A DNA stretch of 64,000 bases from Eledone cirrhosa (taxonomy: Eukaryota): the NCBI GenBank assembly GCA_964016885.1, contig OZ024744.1, forward strand, positions 11,904,001-11,968,000, given 5' to 3'. A program made the translations under genes and the position numbers. Below, piece by piece: positions 41,201 to 54,248 of this stretch (position 1 is the stretch's first letter; each line of letters opens with the position of its first letter). The notes under the pieces are model-generated. The model made no database searches. It saw only the letters and a list, made by a program, of their open reading frames with translations, and was not told the origin of the DNA.

Positions 41201-41530
41201 GTAGTGCCGCAAGTGCTGCAGGTATCGATTTGGAGGGTGGGGTGGGGCGTGGGGCCGGGGACTGGGGCACCGAGCGGCATCAGGGGTGGGTGGCTGGTGT
41301 GTGTGGTTGGAAGGGAAAGTGCTGGTAAGAGGGCAGCATAGCTCACATATATATATGGAGGTGCCAGAAAACGAGAGCGAAAAGGGGCTGCATGGAGGGG
41401 GAGACACAGGCAGGTAGAATGGCAGTAAATGAATGAGTGAATGGATGGATGTACAAAAAAAAAGGGGGGGGGGGGTTGTTCCCAGCGGAAAGATCAGAAT
41501 TCAGCGCGCACACATACGAGCAACTGAGCA
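38260..41530 (-). mobile_element. CRE-clade non-LTR element (PHD finger, RT, restriction-like endonuclease), frameshifted
   Basis: GIRPIAVG, KLDMRNAFN, QGDPLGP, YLDD, GGLGL, HLLSC..RH, RPDG..WDAT, PLAVE..G. Confidence 0.88.
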
Positions 41531-41829
41531 GTTTGTCAAAGACGATATTCTCAATGGATGCGCTTACAATATTTGAATATAACTGAACCGTCGTGTCATT
41601 TAATTTGGAAAGTGGAGCAAAGTAAAAGGAAAATAGTGAATTTTGAGTGTCAATACCTTGTAATTTTTTTTTTTTTTTTTTTCCAATACCGGACTTACAG
41701 TTTTCCAGGATTTATACTCATCTTTTTTTTTTTTTTTCTTCAAAAGGATGGAGCCGTTTTATCTCCTCATGAAACTGACATTACTTAATGATGTTCGTCA
41801 TCTATGGCTTATTCATATGTATTATTTCA

Positions 41830-41940
41830 TAAATCCCGCCGGGGTTAACTTTGCCTTTCATCCTTATGGGGTCGATAAAATAAAGTACCAGTAATCTACT
41901 GGGTAATTGCTGGCCTTGTGCCAAAAGTAGAAACAATTAT
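41830..41940 (+). mobile_element. SINE family A fragment
   Basis: Body and tail. Confidence 0.82.
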
Positions 41941-42214
41941 TTCATAACTCTATAGAATTATTAGAATGTCTGTGCAGTGTTCTGTGTCCAGCCAGGTTTG
42001 TACAACAGGTAAGAAAAATGATGATTCAGTGACGGTTTCTTCTGATAGGAGCCTCTTCCACGTCAGAAGATCGAAGTGTGTTTTCTTGTCTTCTTCAATA
42101 CTTTCATGAACGGTTTCGGAGATTTAAAACTTATGTTTCGATTGGTGCTTCCATTTCCACACGGATCTATTGTCTTATTTACAAAAATATATATTTCTAT
42201 ATATTTCTTTATTT

Positions 42215-43945
42215 CTGGAACGGCATCTTAGATGCACGCTGGGGCTGTGTGGGAGTATCCGATAGGAGCGGGGGGTGCAAAGGCCTCAAGTACCTCAGTT
42301 CTAACTCTCTGACAAGTACTGACTAGATTTCCCTAATGCGCCATTGTGGATGTGGACCAACCGCATAGGACCATCTAGATAGTATATAGACAGGATTTTC
42401 ATGAGGAAAATAGATAGAAGTAGTGTAAGCTGTTCACTTTTTAAAACGATCGCTTATTCAGATCACAAGTTTGTGATCTGTATGGTTAACATAGATAAAA
42501 CGCGTAGGTTAGGACCTGGTTACTGGAATCTGAACATGTCGTTTCAGGCACGTAAGGCTTACAGGGACCGGGACAACAATTTAGTTAAGAACAGTTTGAC
42601 AGAGGGAGTCGTCAACAATAGATGGTGGGGGGGCTCTCAAAAGAGAGATTAGAGTAATGTCGATAGAGTTTAGCAAAGAAGTAGCATTAGAGATAAATAA
42701 AAAGGAGGGGGAGTTGGTAGATAAGTTAGACGAGGCTATTTGTAGTGGCATTGCAACTAACGTGCTAGCGGCGAGAATGGCATTAGACCATTTCTTCAAT
42801 GCGAAACACGAAGGTTGCATTGTCAGAGCTAAGGCGCGTGCTCTGATAAATGAGGGAACGAAGGGTGTTTGATGGGCCCGCGTGGCAGAGGCGCAGCTGA
42901 GTTTGATGGGCCCGCGTGGCAGAGGCGTGACTGAGCTGCAGTCCTGGGCCAAGAGGAGACCAAGACGAGGTGACTGGCATCTGGAATGTTGCCAGGCACT
43001 CACTGCCCTCTACCAGGCGGGCAATGCGGTCAGTGGAACTTCCACTCTCGAGTTCTATAAAGGATTAATGGTGGGAAAGTGCGTCAACGCACTCGGAGAG
43101 GCTCTGGTCTTCGACGAAGTCGAACTGACCAGTCTGTTCCAGAGGACTTTCGAGCCGAGGACGATGGACAATTTCCAGAAATCCCTCGCTTGGCAGTGCT
43201 ACAGGAGGCACTACCAGTTCGAGATAAACTCTACAGGCACGGAAGTGCCGTCAGACGGACCTGCCCGAAATGCGCACAGAGCAACGAAACCATTCTGCAC
43301 GCACTCGTCCAGTGTCCGTGCATTACTGACTTGTGGAGTTATGTCGAACAGCTGTTGCTGCATGTAGGACCGATCCAGCTATCAGCCGAGTCCATAATGA
43401 AGATCAACCCGCCACCTTCTTTTGGCCAGGAAGGGCAGGCAATTTTCCTCTGTCTGGTGGCAGTAGCGAAATAGGTTGTATGGTGGATCATGTTGAAAGG
43501 ACTGAAGACAGACACTTTTCTCTTCAGTCAATCCTTCATCAACTTTTTCAAGTTTCACCTGGAAAGGAAGGTGAGGGTGGAGAGAGAAGTGCTGCTCACC
43601 CCTCCCCAGTACATTTGCTGAAAGGTGGGGGAATGAGACAAGAATGGCTCGTGTTAGTGGGCCTACTCTGACCATGCGCCTATAGGCTGGCTGACTTGAG
43701 GAGGAGAGTGGTGCCCTCCCGGGTGCCATAGAAGCGCAGGGTGGTTCAGGATTGGTGGGGTACTTGAGTCGTCCACCGTCCTATAGGGGAATTTATTTTG
43801 TTATATTTATGCAGAGTTTATTTTATATTTTTTAGATTTTCATTGTTAAGTTAGTCTTGCCATTGTGCACTTTTACTCGAGCTTATTGTAAACCCTCACT
43901 GTCTTTGTATTGTACCCTACATGTCGGCTCTTGTGGCCAATAAAT
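42215..43945 (+). mobile_element. Tx1/L1-clade element, right part (RT deleted), followed by (TAT)n
   Basis: Starts at WNGILDARW; has SDHK, GYW.LN, C-terminal CPKC..ET..H..C and AATAAA. Confidence 0.88.
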
Positions 43946-44036
43946 GAAGTATTATTATTATTATTATTAAAGTACCAGTAATGCACTGGGTAATTGTTGG
44001 TCTTGTGCCTAAAGTAGAAACAATTATTACATATAT

Positions 44037-44471
44037 GGTGGCTGCCAACTCGTTTTCGAGTACGGCCACTACTTTATATCCATGTAGGAGACCCCTACCG
44101 ATGCGCTGAACAAGTGTGACTTTTTAGTCCAGCCAGCGACTTGAAAACTCTGGTACAAACACTACATTTGTGACAATCATTGACACATAGTGCTGGGCCC
44201 ATGGTACCATGTGACGACAAGTGCAGAGAGATCTCCAGATATAAAGAAATGCCTGTGCCGTGAAGCTTTTATAGTGAGCAAAGGCACTGCACAAAGCCAG
44301 TCCCACTCTCTTAACCAAGATGATATTTATAAAAAAGAAGAACAAGTCAACATCATTGGATACCATCAGAGTTGCAGGTGTTATATCAGAGTTTTCCTTC
44401 TCCTAGAATTCTGCCTTGACAAAGGCTAAGGGGTCATCTCTCCCGGTGATTTTGGATGGCCATTGACTCTT
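44037..44471 (-). repeat. Dispersed repeat B
   Basis: Near-identical to 21046-21485. Confidence 0.85.
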
Positions 44472-44606
44472 AAGAGCAACTTTGCCCTTTGACAGGTTTT
44501 GTTTTTAGTCCTGCAGGATGTCCAAAGTCACCCTCCTCACCAAGAAACCTTGGTGGGGTTGCCAGTTTAGTCGCCAACGATCTGACCATGAGACATTATA
44601 TTATAT

Positions 44607-44911
44607 ATATATAGTTACACACAAGTTGCCATGTGCTGCTGGCCAAATAATCTTTGATATCAATGGGTTAAAGACATATGTAAAATCAATTAGTGGTCAG
44701 TTCTTCAGTCTAAAGTCCCTAGAGAGAATGAGTCAAATAATGTTTACACAAGTTGAAAACATGTATGTATATATATATATATATAAATATATATATACAC
44801 ATGTACATATACACACATACAAGCACTCTCATATATGGTGCAAATTTGGTGCCGTTTGGTTCAGCCGTTTGCGAAAAGTTTGTTACATACATACGGCCGT
44901 CAGCTTTATTA

Positions 44912-44915
<4 letters not shown>
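44607..44915 (-). mobile_element. Probable small non-autonomous Helitron
   Basis: Minus strand TATACTAATAAAGCTG..AAACGGCTGAACC..ACCAAATTTG is typical of Helitron 5' regions; the 3' end is degenerate. Confidence 0.5.
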
Positions 44916-44963
<48 letters not shown>

Positions 44964-45405
44964 CAAATATTTATCGCTCTACATGGCTGAACACAATAAA
45001 TGTAATCTGAGTTTTTCGAATATTAATAGTAACATTCGATTCGTTTACAATTATGCAAACAGCCTCTTTTAAGCCAAGTCAGTAGAATGAGTCCCTCATT
45101 CTTACTCTTGTGTTGACATATAAACAGAACTGCAGACACTAATGTTTCTGGGTGATTACCCTTTATCAATACAGTTTACTGCTTATCTGCCAACTGTTAA
45201 AGTTAGTGAAAATATATGATATTTTCTAAAATATACAGCAACTGATCGGCCTGATCTGCATATTAGCAAACTGGCTGATCAGTCAGATCTGCATATTAAC
45301 AGATCCACTGATCAGCCAGATTTGCATATTAGTCGAACTTTCTTTCCTCTTTCCAATATAAAGCGTGAATCTAATAAGACTTTTTATATCTCTGTTGTCT
45401 CCTTG

Positions 45406-45446
<41 letters not shown>

Positions 45447-45448
<2 letters not shown>

Positions 45449-45634
45449 AATTGTTTCTACTTTAGGCACAAGGCCAGCAATTACCCAGTGCATTACTGGT
45501 ACTTTATTTTATCGACCCCGTAAGGATGAAAGGCAAAGTCAACCTCGGCGGGATTTGAACTCAGATCGTAAAGGGACGTAACTATGCTGGAAAGCATGGC
45601 GTCCGACCCTCTACTGATACTGCCAATCCACCGA
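45447..45634 (-). mobile_element. SINE family A, full length
   Basis: A/B boxes, body and tail. Confidence 0.9.
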
Positions 45635-46495
45635 AACTATAATAAAGGAAGGTCTGTGCGATTGTGTATGGTTTATTTCTTTTAATCCAGTTAGTAAAAT
45701 AAGTTGGATTACTTTGAATAAATAACGAATGAATATTACATAATTTATGTACGAAATTCCGTAAACATAAATAATTTCTTAAAATAAATAATTTAAAATT
45801 TACTTCTTTTCAAAGTTGCACTTCCGGTATATCGTCGCCGCCGCCACCACTTCAACTACCATATATATAGAAAGAGAGAGTGTGTGATGAGAGAGATAGA
45901 TAGATTATGATTTTCTTCACGCTGACGCGTATGAGTGTGCACATACATACTTCTGTATGTATGAGTATATAACTATTATGAGTATATAACTATAATCGCG
46001 CAAACACAAACTTATAAAAATACACACTCACGGACATAATTCACACAAATACACATACTTTCACACAAATATACATACATTCACACATACTTTCACACAA
46101 ACATACAAACATTCACACAAACATATATACATTCACACAAATACACATACTTTCACACAAACATACATACATTCACACATATACATTTACACAAACACAC
46201 ACATACAGTCATGATAGCGTTCGGTGAATTGGAAATGGGAGGGTAAAACAAGTATAACGTTTTATTTATTTATTAACTCTTTTTTTAAAACTCATTTAAT
46301 ATAATTGTTACAGAAGGAAAACACTAATAATATATACAAAGGAAAGGGAAGGGAAAAAAAGAAAGAGAAATAATACACAGGCAGGTAATACACACATCTT
46401 AGGCCACTAGACAATATGCAGGCGAAAGAGTGGTAAAAAAGAGCCACTACCAGAGCAAAATATAGCAATATAGAGAGGAGCACTGGGAAACCTCT

Positions 46496-46930
46496 CTAAT
46501 AATCTTTGAGGCAGGCCAGCACGCTCGCAGCCTTACCTGGGGTGATGGCGAGGCTGAGGTACTGGAACAACCAAGTGCCCTCACGAGCATCACCAATTAC
46601 CTCTGTTTGGCGAGCCGCCAGTGAAGATAAGAACCTCACTGTGAGTAGCCCGACTCCCCCAAACGTCTCGAACGTCACAGGCTGGATAATGTAGTTAGCT
46701 GATAGAACTCGGTATTTTAGGATTTTGTTCCGTTCAGCTGCGGATGCTGTAGCTCTCACCTTACCTCTACATCCAGAATGTGGGAAGAAGCAAACTAACT
46801 GTGACGTCCCAGTAAGGGACCTGCCTATTGACCAGGAGCACAGAGTAAGACCGTCAAGTCTTTTCCCATCAATTCAGGACAACCCAGACGGTTCCAAAAT
46901 TGAGGGGATGTTTGCCTTCCCGGGCCAAAG
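46496..46930 (-). mobile_element. CRE-like element 3' fragment
   Basis: AAE..K..KY..L...PV.FETFG..LFQ.LSLAI, homologous to 38291-38632. Confidence 0.8.
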
Positions 46931-47106
46931 CTCTTTAGTGGTAATAGGACAGTATGTGTATGTGCGCGCGCGTGAGTTTGTCGGCGTGTTTAAATTAGAG
47001 ACACGTGCGTGTGTGTCACTGTTTTTAAGTTAGACATATATATGTGTGTATCCCTTCCCTTCCTTTTACACACACATAAATTCACACAAACGCACCTACA
47101 CATTGC

Positions 47107-47780
47107 GTGATGGACGGGTGGACAGAAGTCCCTCAAATTTATATACATGTGAATGGAGTTCTACTGAAGCAGTTAGAGAGGTTCAAGTATCTTGGAGCCG
47201 TGTTCACGAGTGATGGAAGGCAGGAGGCTGAATTAAGTGCAAGAATTGCAAAAGCTGATGCAGTAAAGCGCCAGCCTCAGCATTCAAAAGGGAGTTAAGT
47301 GTAAAAGCCAAACTCGCTGTCTTCCTGGTATTCCTGCCAACTCTTACCAAGGATCATGAATCTTGAGTAATGACCAAAAGAATACAATTGTAAATAAAAT
47401 TGGCAGAAATGGGGTTCCTATGAAGGGTCTTTGGAGTAACGTTACTCGATAAAGTGCATAACTCAGAGATCAGAGAGTCACTCCTGGTAGAACCGCTACT
47501 TCTACGAATTGAGAGATCACAACTCCGATATTATGAGCATGTGGTTAGGATGTCTCAGTAAAGAATCGCTGGACACATTTTACAGGCAAAACCAACCGTC
47601 AAGAGACCCAGAGGTAGACCCTGAGCAAGATAGTTGGATAACATCCATGAGATTAGCTGGTCACGCTTTGGGATCCAGCTGGATCAGTTAGAGATGTTTG
47701 CTACTGACAGACTCTCTGGAAGGAGAGTTTGAGGACTCTGCCCCCACGACCCTCTCAGAAATAAGTGGGCGAAGAAGATA
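47107..47780 (+). mobile_element. Degraded RTE-type LINE 3' part
   Basis: FKYLG.VF.SDG, IERSQLR..HV.RM, RPRGRP. Confidence 0.8.
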
Positions 47781-47946
47781 TTGTTAATTTACTTTTCAAT
47801 TTACATATATTTATATGCATATATATTTGTGTATAATACCAATCCGCACACTACGCATGCTAGCAGAAAACCGCCCAATTGCGGTTTTTCTGCTAGTATA
47901 TATAGTTCAAGGAGACAACAACAGAGATATAAATATATATATATAT

Positions 47947-48470
47947 ATTAGGATTGGTGCTCTGAAATAGCGATGTATACATGAATGTATGTATAGTATA
48001 TTTGGCAATATACCGCATGTTTAATTTAAAACATTTTGAAGACCATACGCTATCGGTTTTAAAGTAGTGACTATGTCACTTACTTCTTTTCGGCGAAAGA
48101 AGGGAGAGAAGCTAACAGTCGATCATCAGAGCCATACGGTATATTGCCAAATATACTATACATACATTCATGTATAAATCGCTATTTCAGAGCACCAATC
48201 CTAATACCTAATTTTTTCTGGACCGGCAATCGCTCTGTTTAATCAGCTCCTGATTATTACTGGAATTCTATAAGAATCCAGCTTCTATAATTTTCGGCGG
48301 AAGCAGGGAGTACGTGGCTCTGATGATCGCCAAACAGACTGTTAGCTTCTCTCCCTTCTTTCGCCGAAAAGAAGTAAGTGACATGGTTACTGCTTTAAAA
48401 CCAATAAAATAGCGTATGGTCTTCTAAATGTTTCTTATTAAACATACGGTATATTGCCAAATATACATTC
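47947..48470. repeat. Partial-tandem unit (~311-bp period) with an inverted arm
   Basis: CATACGGTATATTGCCAAATATAC at 48132 and 48443; 47947-48131 is an inverted, permuted copy. Confidence 0.85.
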
Positions 48471-48492
48471 ATATATATATATATATATAAAT

Positions 48493-49042
48493 ATATTGTT
48501 ATACTTTGGGAGGGTCATGTTGCCAATAAGAAACACACGCACCAGTTGCTTTCACTTCAATTTATTATATATTTATAAATTTATAAATCTACAAATCTAC
48601 AAACTCATAAATTTCTGGTTGGTTGGTTGGTTCCACAACCAGATAGTTGTTTATATATAGTCACAGTCCTTTCGTCACACACTCTGTGACCTCTTCAGTG
48701 ACTGGGGATTCCTTTCTTTGTTTCTGTGCCTTTCCTTTCTTCTGTCCTACGCCATTTTGTGAGAAATGTTTCTCACAAAATGGCGTAGGACAGAAGAAAG
48801 GAAAGGCACAGAAACAAAGAAAGGAATCCCCAGTCACTGAAGAGGTCACAGAGTGTGTGACGAAAGGACTGTGACTATATATAAACAACTATCTGGTTGT
48901 GGAACCAACCAACCAACCAGAAATTTATGAGTTTGTAGATTTGTAAATTTATAAATTTATAAATATATAATAAATTGAAGTGAAAGCAACTGGTGCGTGT
49001 GTTTCTTATTGGCAACATGACCCTCCCAAAGTATAACAATAT
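48493..49042. repeat. Fold-back palindrome, 274-bp arms, 2-nt spacer, with hammerhead-like motifs at 48659-48703 (-) and 48832-48876 (+)
   Basis: Centre GAGAAA-tg-TTTCTC; AGTCA CTGAAGA gGTCACA..TGTGAC GAAA GGAC TG TGACT. Confidence 0.95.
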
Positions 49043-49109
49043 CGGTTTCAACACACGATTTCAGATAAAGAATCTTGCTAAACAAATTCAGAAACGAAAT
49101 ATATAAATA

Positions 49110-49140
<31 letters not shown>

Positions 49141-49161
49141 TTATTTATATATATATATATA

Positions 49162-49192
<31 letters not shown>

Positions 49193-49211
49193 TTATTTAT
49201 ATATATATATA

Positions 49212-49254
<43 letters not shown>

Positions 49255-49279
49255 TTATATATATATATATATATTTATT

Positions 49280-49312
<33 letters not shown>

Positions 49313-49315
49313 ATT

Positions 49316-49542
<227 letters not shown>

Positions 49543-49670
49543 AATCGAAAATGCAACTGGAGTCTTATTTTTTTTTAAATATATATATTTATTTGGTTCC
49601 GTTACCGGTTTTGCAGTTCTTCTGCTTTTCAAAAGTAGAGTTGAGATGGAGGGTCTGTAGTTTTTCTCAC

Positions 49671-50141
49671 TGTTATATCATATATATATAGATAAAACAC
49701 AGAAGTAAACAGTATAAGCAAACCTACTGAGTGTGTGTATATGTATGTATCCTTGGTATTCGTTATTCCTCTGAAGGACTGCTTGTAGTCTGTGGCCGAG
49801 AAGGTGAAAGCCAGTGAGGCCAGGGGAGAGAGATAGAGTAAAAGTGAATTGGTTACATCGTAATCTCTCACGGACTTGCTGCTTCGGTCTGGCTGCTGGC
49901 TTTCCCAAATCTTTGTATTTGGTTTCCCAAGTCCTATAGCTAGAAGGATGTGTTTATGATCAGCCATCTGTGTTTCCCCTGTCTACAAGCTGGGGTCACA
50001 GATCAAGTGGTACGTTAATTATACTTGTTTCTTGACAGGACAATCGTGGGAACTTCCCGATAATGGGTTGTCTCAGAGGCGAGAACTCTCAGATTCAGTT
50101 TCGAATCTTCGCCGGGTAATTTATAGGAGAATTCCGTTACA
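49671..50141 (-). mobile_element. Probable solo LTR
   Basis: TGTTA...TTACA ends; related copy at 33270-33668; no TSD seen. Confidence 0.55.
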
Positions 50142-50515
50142 GGTTGGCAGGTCTGTCACACAGTTGAATCGAATCTGGGTGCTAATGATTGTCTAACGAT
50201 CTTCTTATTCGGTCATATGTTGTTCACTCCTCTGAGAATATCACTTACATTTAAAAATAAGCCAGATAAAGGCAGCTTCGCGTGAACACCATTAGAACAC
50301 ATCAGAGCGTAAAACATCTGTTGACATATATATCTCCCCTGAAACTGGTTGTTATCACATCCCTGCCGGTCAATGTCACTACTCAGAGAGTTAATTGAAG
50401 TTTAGGGGTCAAAACCTGACATTTATATGGGAAATGAAAATACCTAAGATAATAAAATACAACCTGCTTCTACCAGTTTCTAATCCATTTATATATAACT
50501 ATTCTTTATTGTCTG

Positions 50516-50856
50516 TATTCTGGGGAACTTTGGTTCACCAACTTAATTCGTTCCTAAAGGCGGTTCGTCAACCGAAATGTTCGTAAGCCGAAACTATTTT
50601 CCCATACGAAATGATGAGAGAGAGTGAGAGAGAGGGTGGCTGTGTGTCAAATACAGATAGATATCACCATAGTAACTAATTATACAGCAAGTGACGCTTT
50701 CCCGCTAATACTCCAAGTTTGTTAACTGTTGTTGTTGGCTTGCGTGTTCGTTACTCGAGACACCTTTCGTGAACCAAGACATGTGACGTTCGGAAAAATT
50801 GTTCGTGAGCCGATTTGTCCGTGATGAGAGGCGTTCGTGAACCGAGATTCCACTGT
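50516..50856. mobile_element. Tc1/pogo (Tigger-like) MITE
   Basis: Right TIR GTTCGTGAACCGAGATTCCACTG|TA, decayed left TIR, internal GTTCGT repeats. Confidence 0.6.
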
Positions 50857-51075
50857 ATTTTATTTGTTTGTTCACTGATTATTTATTTATTTATTTATTC
50901 ACGTTTATTCAGTAAAATCAACAAAAACATCGCAATTACGAAAAGTAAAAATAAAAAATAAAAAGCCGTTTGACGGTATATTTTAGTATTGTCGGGAAAG
51001 TGTTATTTGTTGTGTAGTTAGTTACTATGGTGATATCTGTCATTCACACACAGTCTCTCTCACTGTATTTCTCAC

Positions 51076-51955
51076 TCAACATTTCGTCATCCCGCAAACA
51101 AGATGATGAAAGCACTGCCAGTGAGAACAACCAACGACACCTGTTTCTTCAGCCCTTCTACCTCGGACGATCCTTCCTCGTGCGTGATGCCCTCTTCCCG
51201 ATTTGACGAAGGAAAATAGCATTCCAAGACGGAGACTACCAGAGGTCTCGATAGCGACTGACATGAAAAGCTGAACGCTCAGTCAGTGCCTGGTATAAAT
51301 AATCTGCGTTGCTCCTGGATTTGTGACTGAAACGATAAGATTGTCGTGATATTTGAGATCCCAGATGAGGGAATTGCCCCATTCAAACAAGAAGCTTCCA
51401 GACAGGTAATCATGTCTGGAAGCTTAACGTCATCTTTGTCGAAGTGACAGGCTCTAGTTGTGTCGGGAAACCAGCCACATCGAGGCTCCTTCTAATGATG
51501 TTCTTCAAGACTTGCACTGTTTCTACAAGACAGCCAATATATCGAAAACCCGTCATGGTTAGCTCCAGGGCGGCATTTGTGTGGTTTACACACGTGGTGG
51601 GCAAAGTGCAAGGTAAGTCTGATGCAGGTGCACTCATTACCAAGAAGGGTATCAGTTGATGAAGACATCATGGAACTGAACCAGGCGTTGTTGTTTGGTT
51701 GTGTGGTAGCCCGAAGACTGACCGGACGGTGGTAGTTAAGGGCAGACTCGATCGTTGTGCAGGTTGAACTGCATTCGACGTCGTCCCTGTCACATTGATA
51801 AGCTTATTAGTGACAGAAAGTGAAGCCCTTATTGGTCCAGCCAGAGCTGAGTCGAGTTCCCGATCCAGATTAGGTTCGGATATATTGCGAATAATCTGGT
51901 GGATGAAGTCAAGACGATGCATGGAGGTCGATGAGGATATCAAGAACGGCACGAT
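51076..51955 (-). mobile_element. Degraded CRE-like fragment
   Basis: IIRRSLDVAGFPTQLEPV and VAIETSG match the element at 38-41 kb. Confidence 0.75.
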
Positions 51956-52439
51956 TGTCTAAAACTTTAGTCGATTTCTAATCTAGTGTTTCTATAAAGA
52001 GAGCATGGACTAGTAGAATCGTTATAACGTCGAACGGTATTTGTTTTGGCTCTTTGAGTTCAGAGTTCAAATTCTTTCGAAGTTATCTCAGCTGTTTATC
52101 CTCCAAGGTTGATAAAATACATTACCAGTCCACAGAAATTATTATGCACATTGAGGCAACGAGAACTTTTCCCTTTTTATCCAGCTACAATTTTTACAAC
52201 TATACTATAAGACAATCTATCGAGTCTATCAAGTCACATATGTCTTAACACTTGTCTTCCAGCTCTATACCGATCATCAGTGATCTGAGTCTCCTACGCT
52301 ATCAGATATCGTCCTGGTATAATGAACCATATAAGGCGATATTCAGCGACGGCAACATCAAAGAAACAATTTTGTGCCAATGTCTTTTTTGTTTTGTTTT
52401 TCTAAGTAGTGGCCGTATTCGGACACGAGTTGTCTTCCA

Positions 52440-52498
<59 letters not shown>

Positions 52499-52499
52499 A

Positions 52500-53372
52500 T
52501 AGAGGGTTGGTCCGCAGCAAGTGCGACGACGCGCTCGGTGAAACTCTAGGCGTGGAGGAAGATGAACTGGCCAGTCTGTTCGGTAGGACCTTCCGCCCGG
52601 GACCGATGGACAACTTCCAAAAGTCCCTGGCCTGGCAGTGCTACCGAGGAGCTCTACCAGTTCGAGACAAGCTCTACAGACATGGGCGCCCGGGCAGGGA
52701 CCCTGCAAAAAAGATCTGTCCGAGGTGCGTGCGAGACGAAGAAACCGTCGCGCACGCATTCATACACTGCCCGGGCGTCACTGACCTGTGGGGCTATGTA
52801 GAACGACTATTGTCGCGGGTGGGACCAATCCAGTTGACCACCGAGTCCATTGTCATGATCAAACCGCCACCCTCCTTCAAAAACGAAGGAGAGGCGGTTT
52901 TCCTTTGTGTGATAGCTATGGCGAAAGAGGTTGTATGGTGGACAAGGTTGAAAGGGCTGAGGTCAGACACCTTTCTCTCCGGCCAACAACTGATTCTTTT
53001 TTTCAAATACCACTTTGGAAGAAGAATCAGGATGGAGAGAGAGGTGCTGTACCCCAGCAAGTTTTATGAAAGGTGGGTGAAAGTGGCGAGAATGGCCCGA
53101 GTGAATGGCCCTTCTCTCTATATCAGCCTGTAGGTTGAGGAAAAGGAGGAGGAGAGGAAAGGAGTACAAGCTCTTCGTACTCCTGGAGATGAGGGTTCCA
53201 CATTTTTTTCGGGGGTCTGTGTTACCCATATAAACTGTCTCCCTCTATTGGGGAAAATCGACTAACTTTTAAATTCCATCTGTGATAACATTTTACACGT
53301 TTTTATTGTATGTAAACTTCCCCCTTTGTATTTGTCCCCTTCTTTTGTGCCCCTGTGGCTAATAAAGAAATA
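52500..53372 (+). mobile_element. 5'-truncated Tx1-like element within (TATC)n
   Basis: C-terminal CPRC..ET..H..C domain, 3' UTR and AATAAA; (TATC)n on both sides. Confidence 0.9.
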
Positions 53373-53648
53373 TATCTATCTATCTATCTATCTATGTATG
53401 TATGTATGTATGTATGTATGTATGTATGTATGTATGTATGTATGTATGTATGCATGCATGCATGCATGCATGCATGTATGTATAAGGTTGACTTCGGCGG
53501 GATTTCAGCTCAGAGCGTGGAGGGTCGTGACTCTATGCTGTAAAGCAATTATAATAATACTGGACTGTAATACGATCGGCTTCAACTATACAAACTCTTG
53601 AAAGTGAACAGTTGACATAATCTTGTAATCTTGTATCAGTAATGACGG

Positions 53649-53757
<109 letters not shown>

Positions 53758-53904
53758 AGTGTGTGTGTAAGTGAGTAGAGTAGCGTGTGTGTGTTTGTTT
53801 GTATGTATGAGTGTTGCTGTGTGCGCGCATATGTATGCGCGTGTGTGTATGTCGTACGTATAAGTGTCAATAAGTGATTTTTTTTTTTTTTGCGCGCGCG
53901 CGGG

Positions 53905-54180
53905 GACATAGAAATAATCGGGCTGGATGCCCGATCGCGCAGTTAAACCACTGGGAGTGAAGAACTCCTAGCCCTTGTCAGGGCATTCTTCTAGGAGAAG
54001 GCATCTCAGGAAACTGGGTTAACTCCGACATAAAACCTGCGGCTCAGTAGTTACCGGTGATGTTGATCTTTTCTTCTTTTCGGGTTATAGCTACTGTCGC
54101 TCAAAGAGTGGGATTGGCTCAGTGCACAGTCTTTTCTCACTTTAAAAATATTCGTCACGCACAGGCATTGCACGAGTGCA
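53905..54180 (+). repeat. Divergent relative of repeat B
   Basis: CTCCTAGCCCTTGTCAGGGC..CTAGGAGAAGG..GATGTTGA..AGAGTGGGA..GCACAGGCATT is collinear with repeat B. Confidence 0.7.
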
Positions 54181-54202
54181 TTAATAATTATTAATAGTGT
54201 AC

Positions 54203-54248
<46 letters not shown>

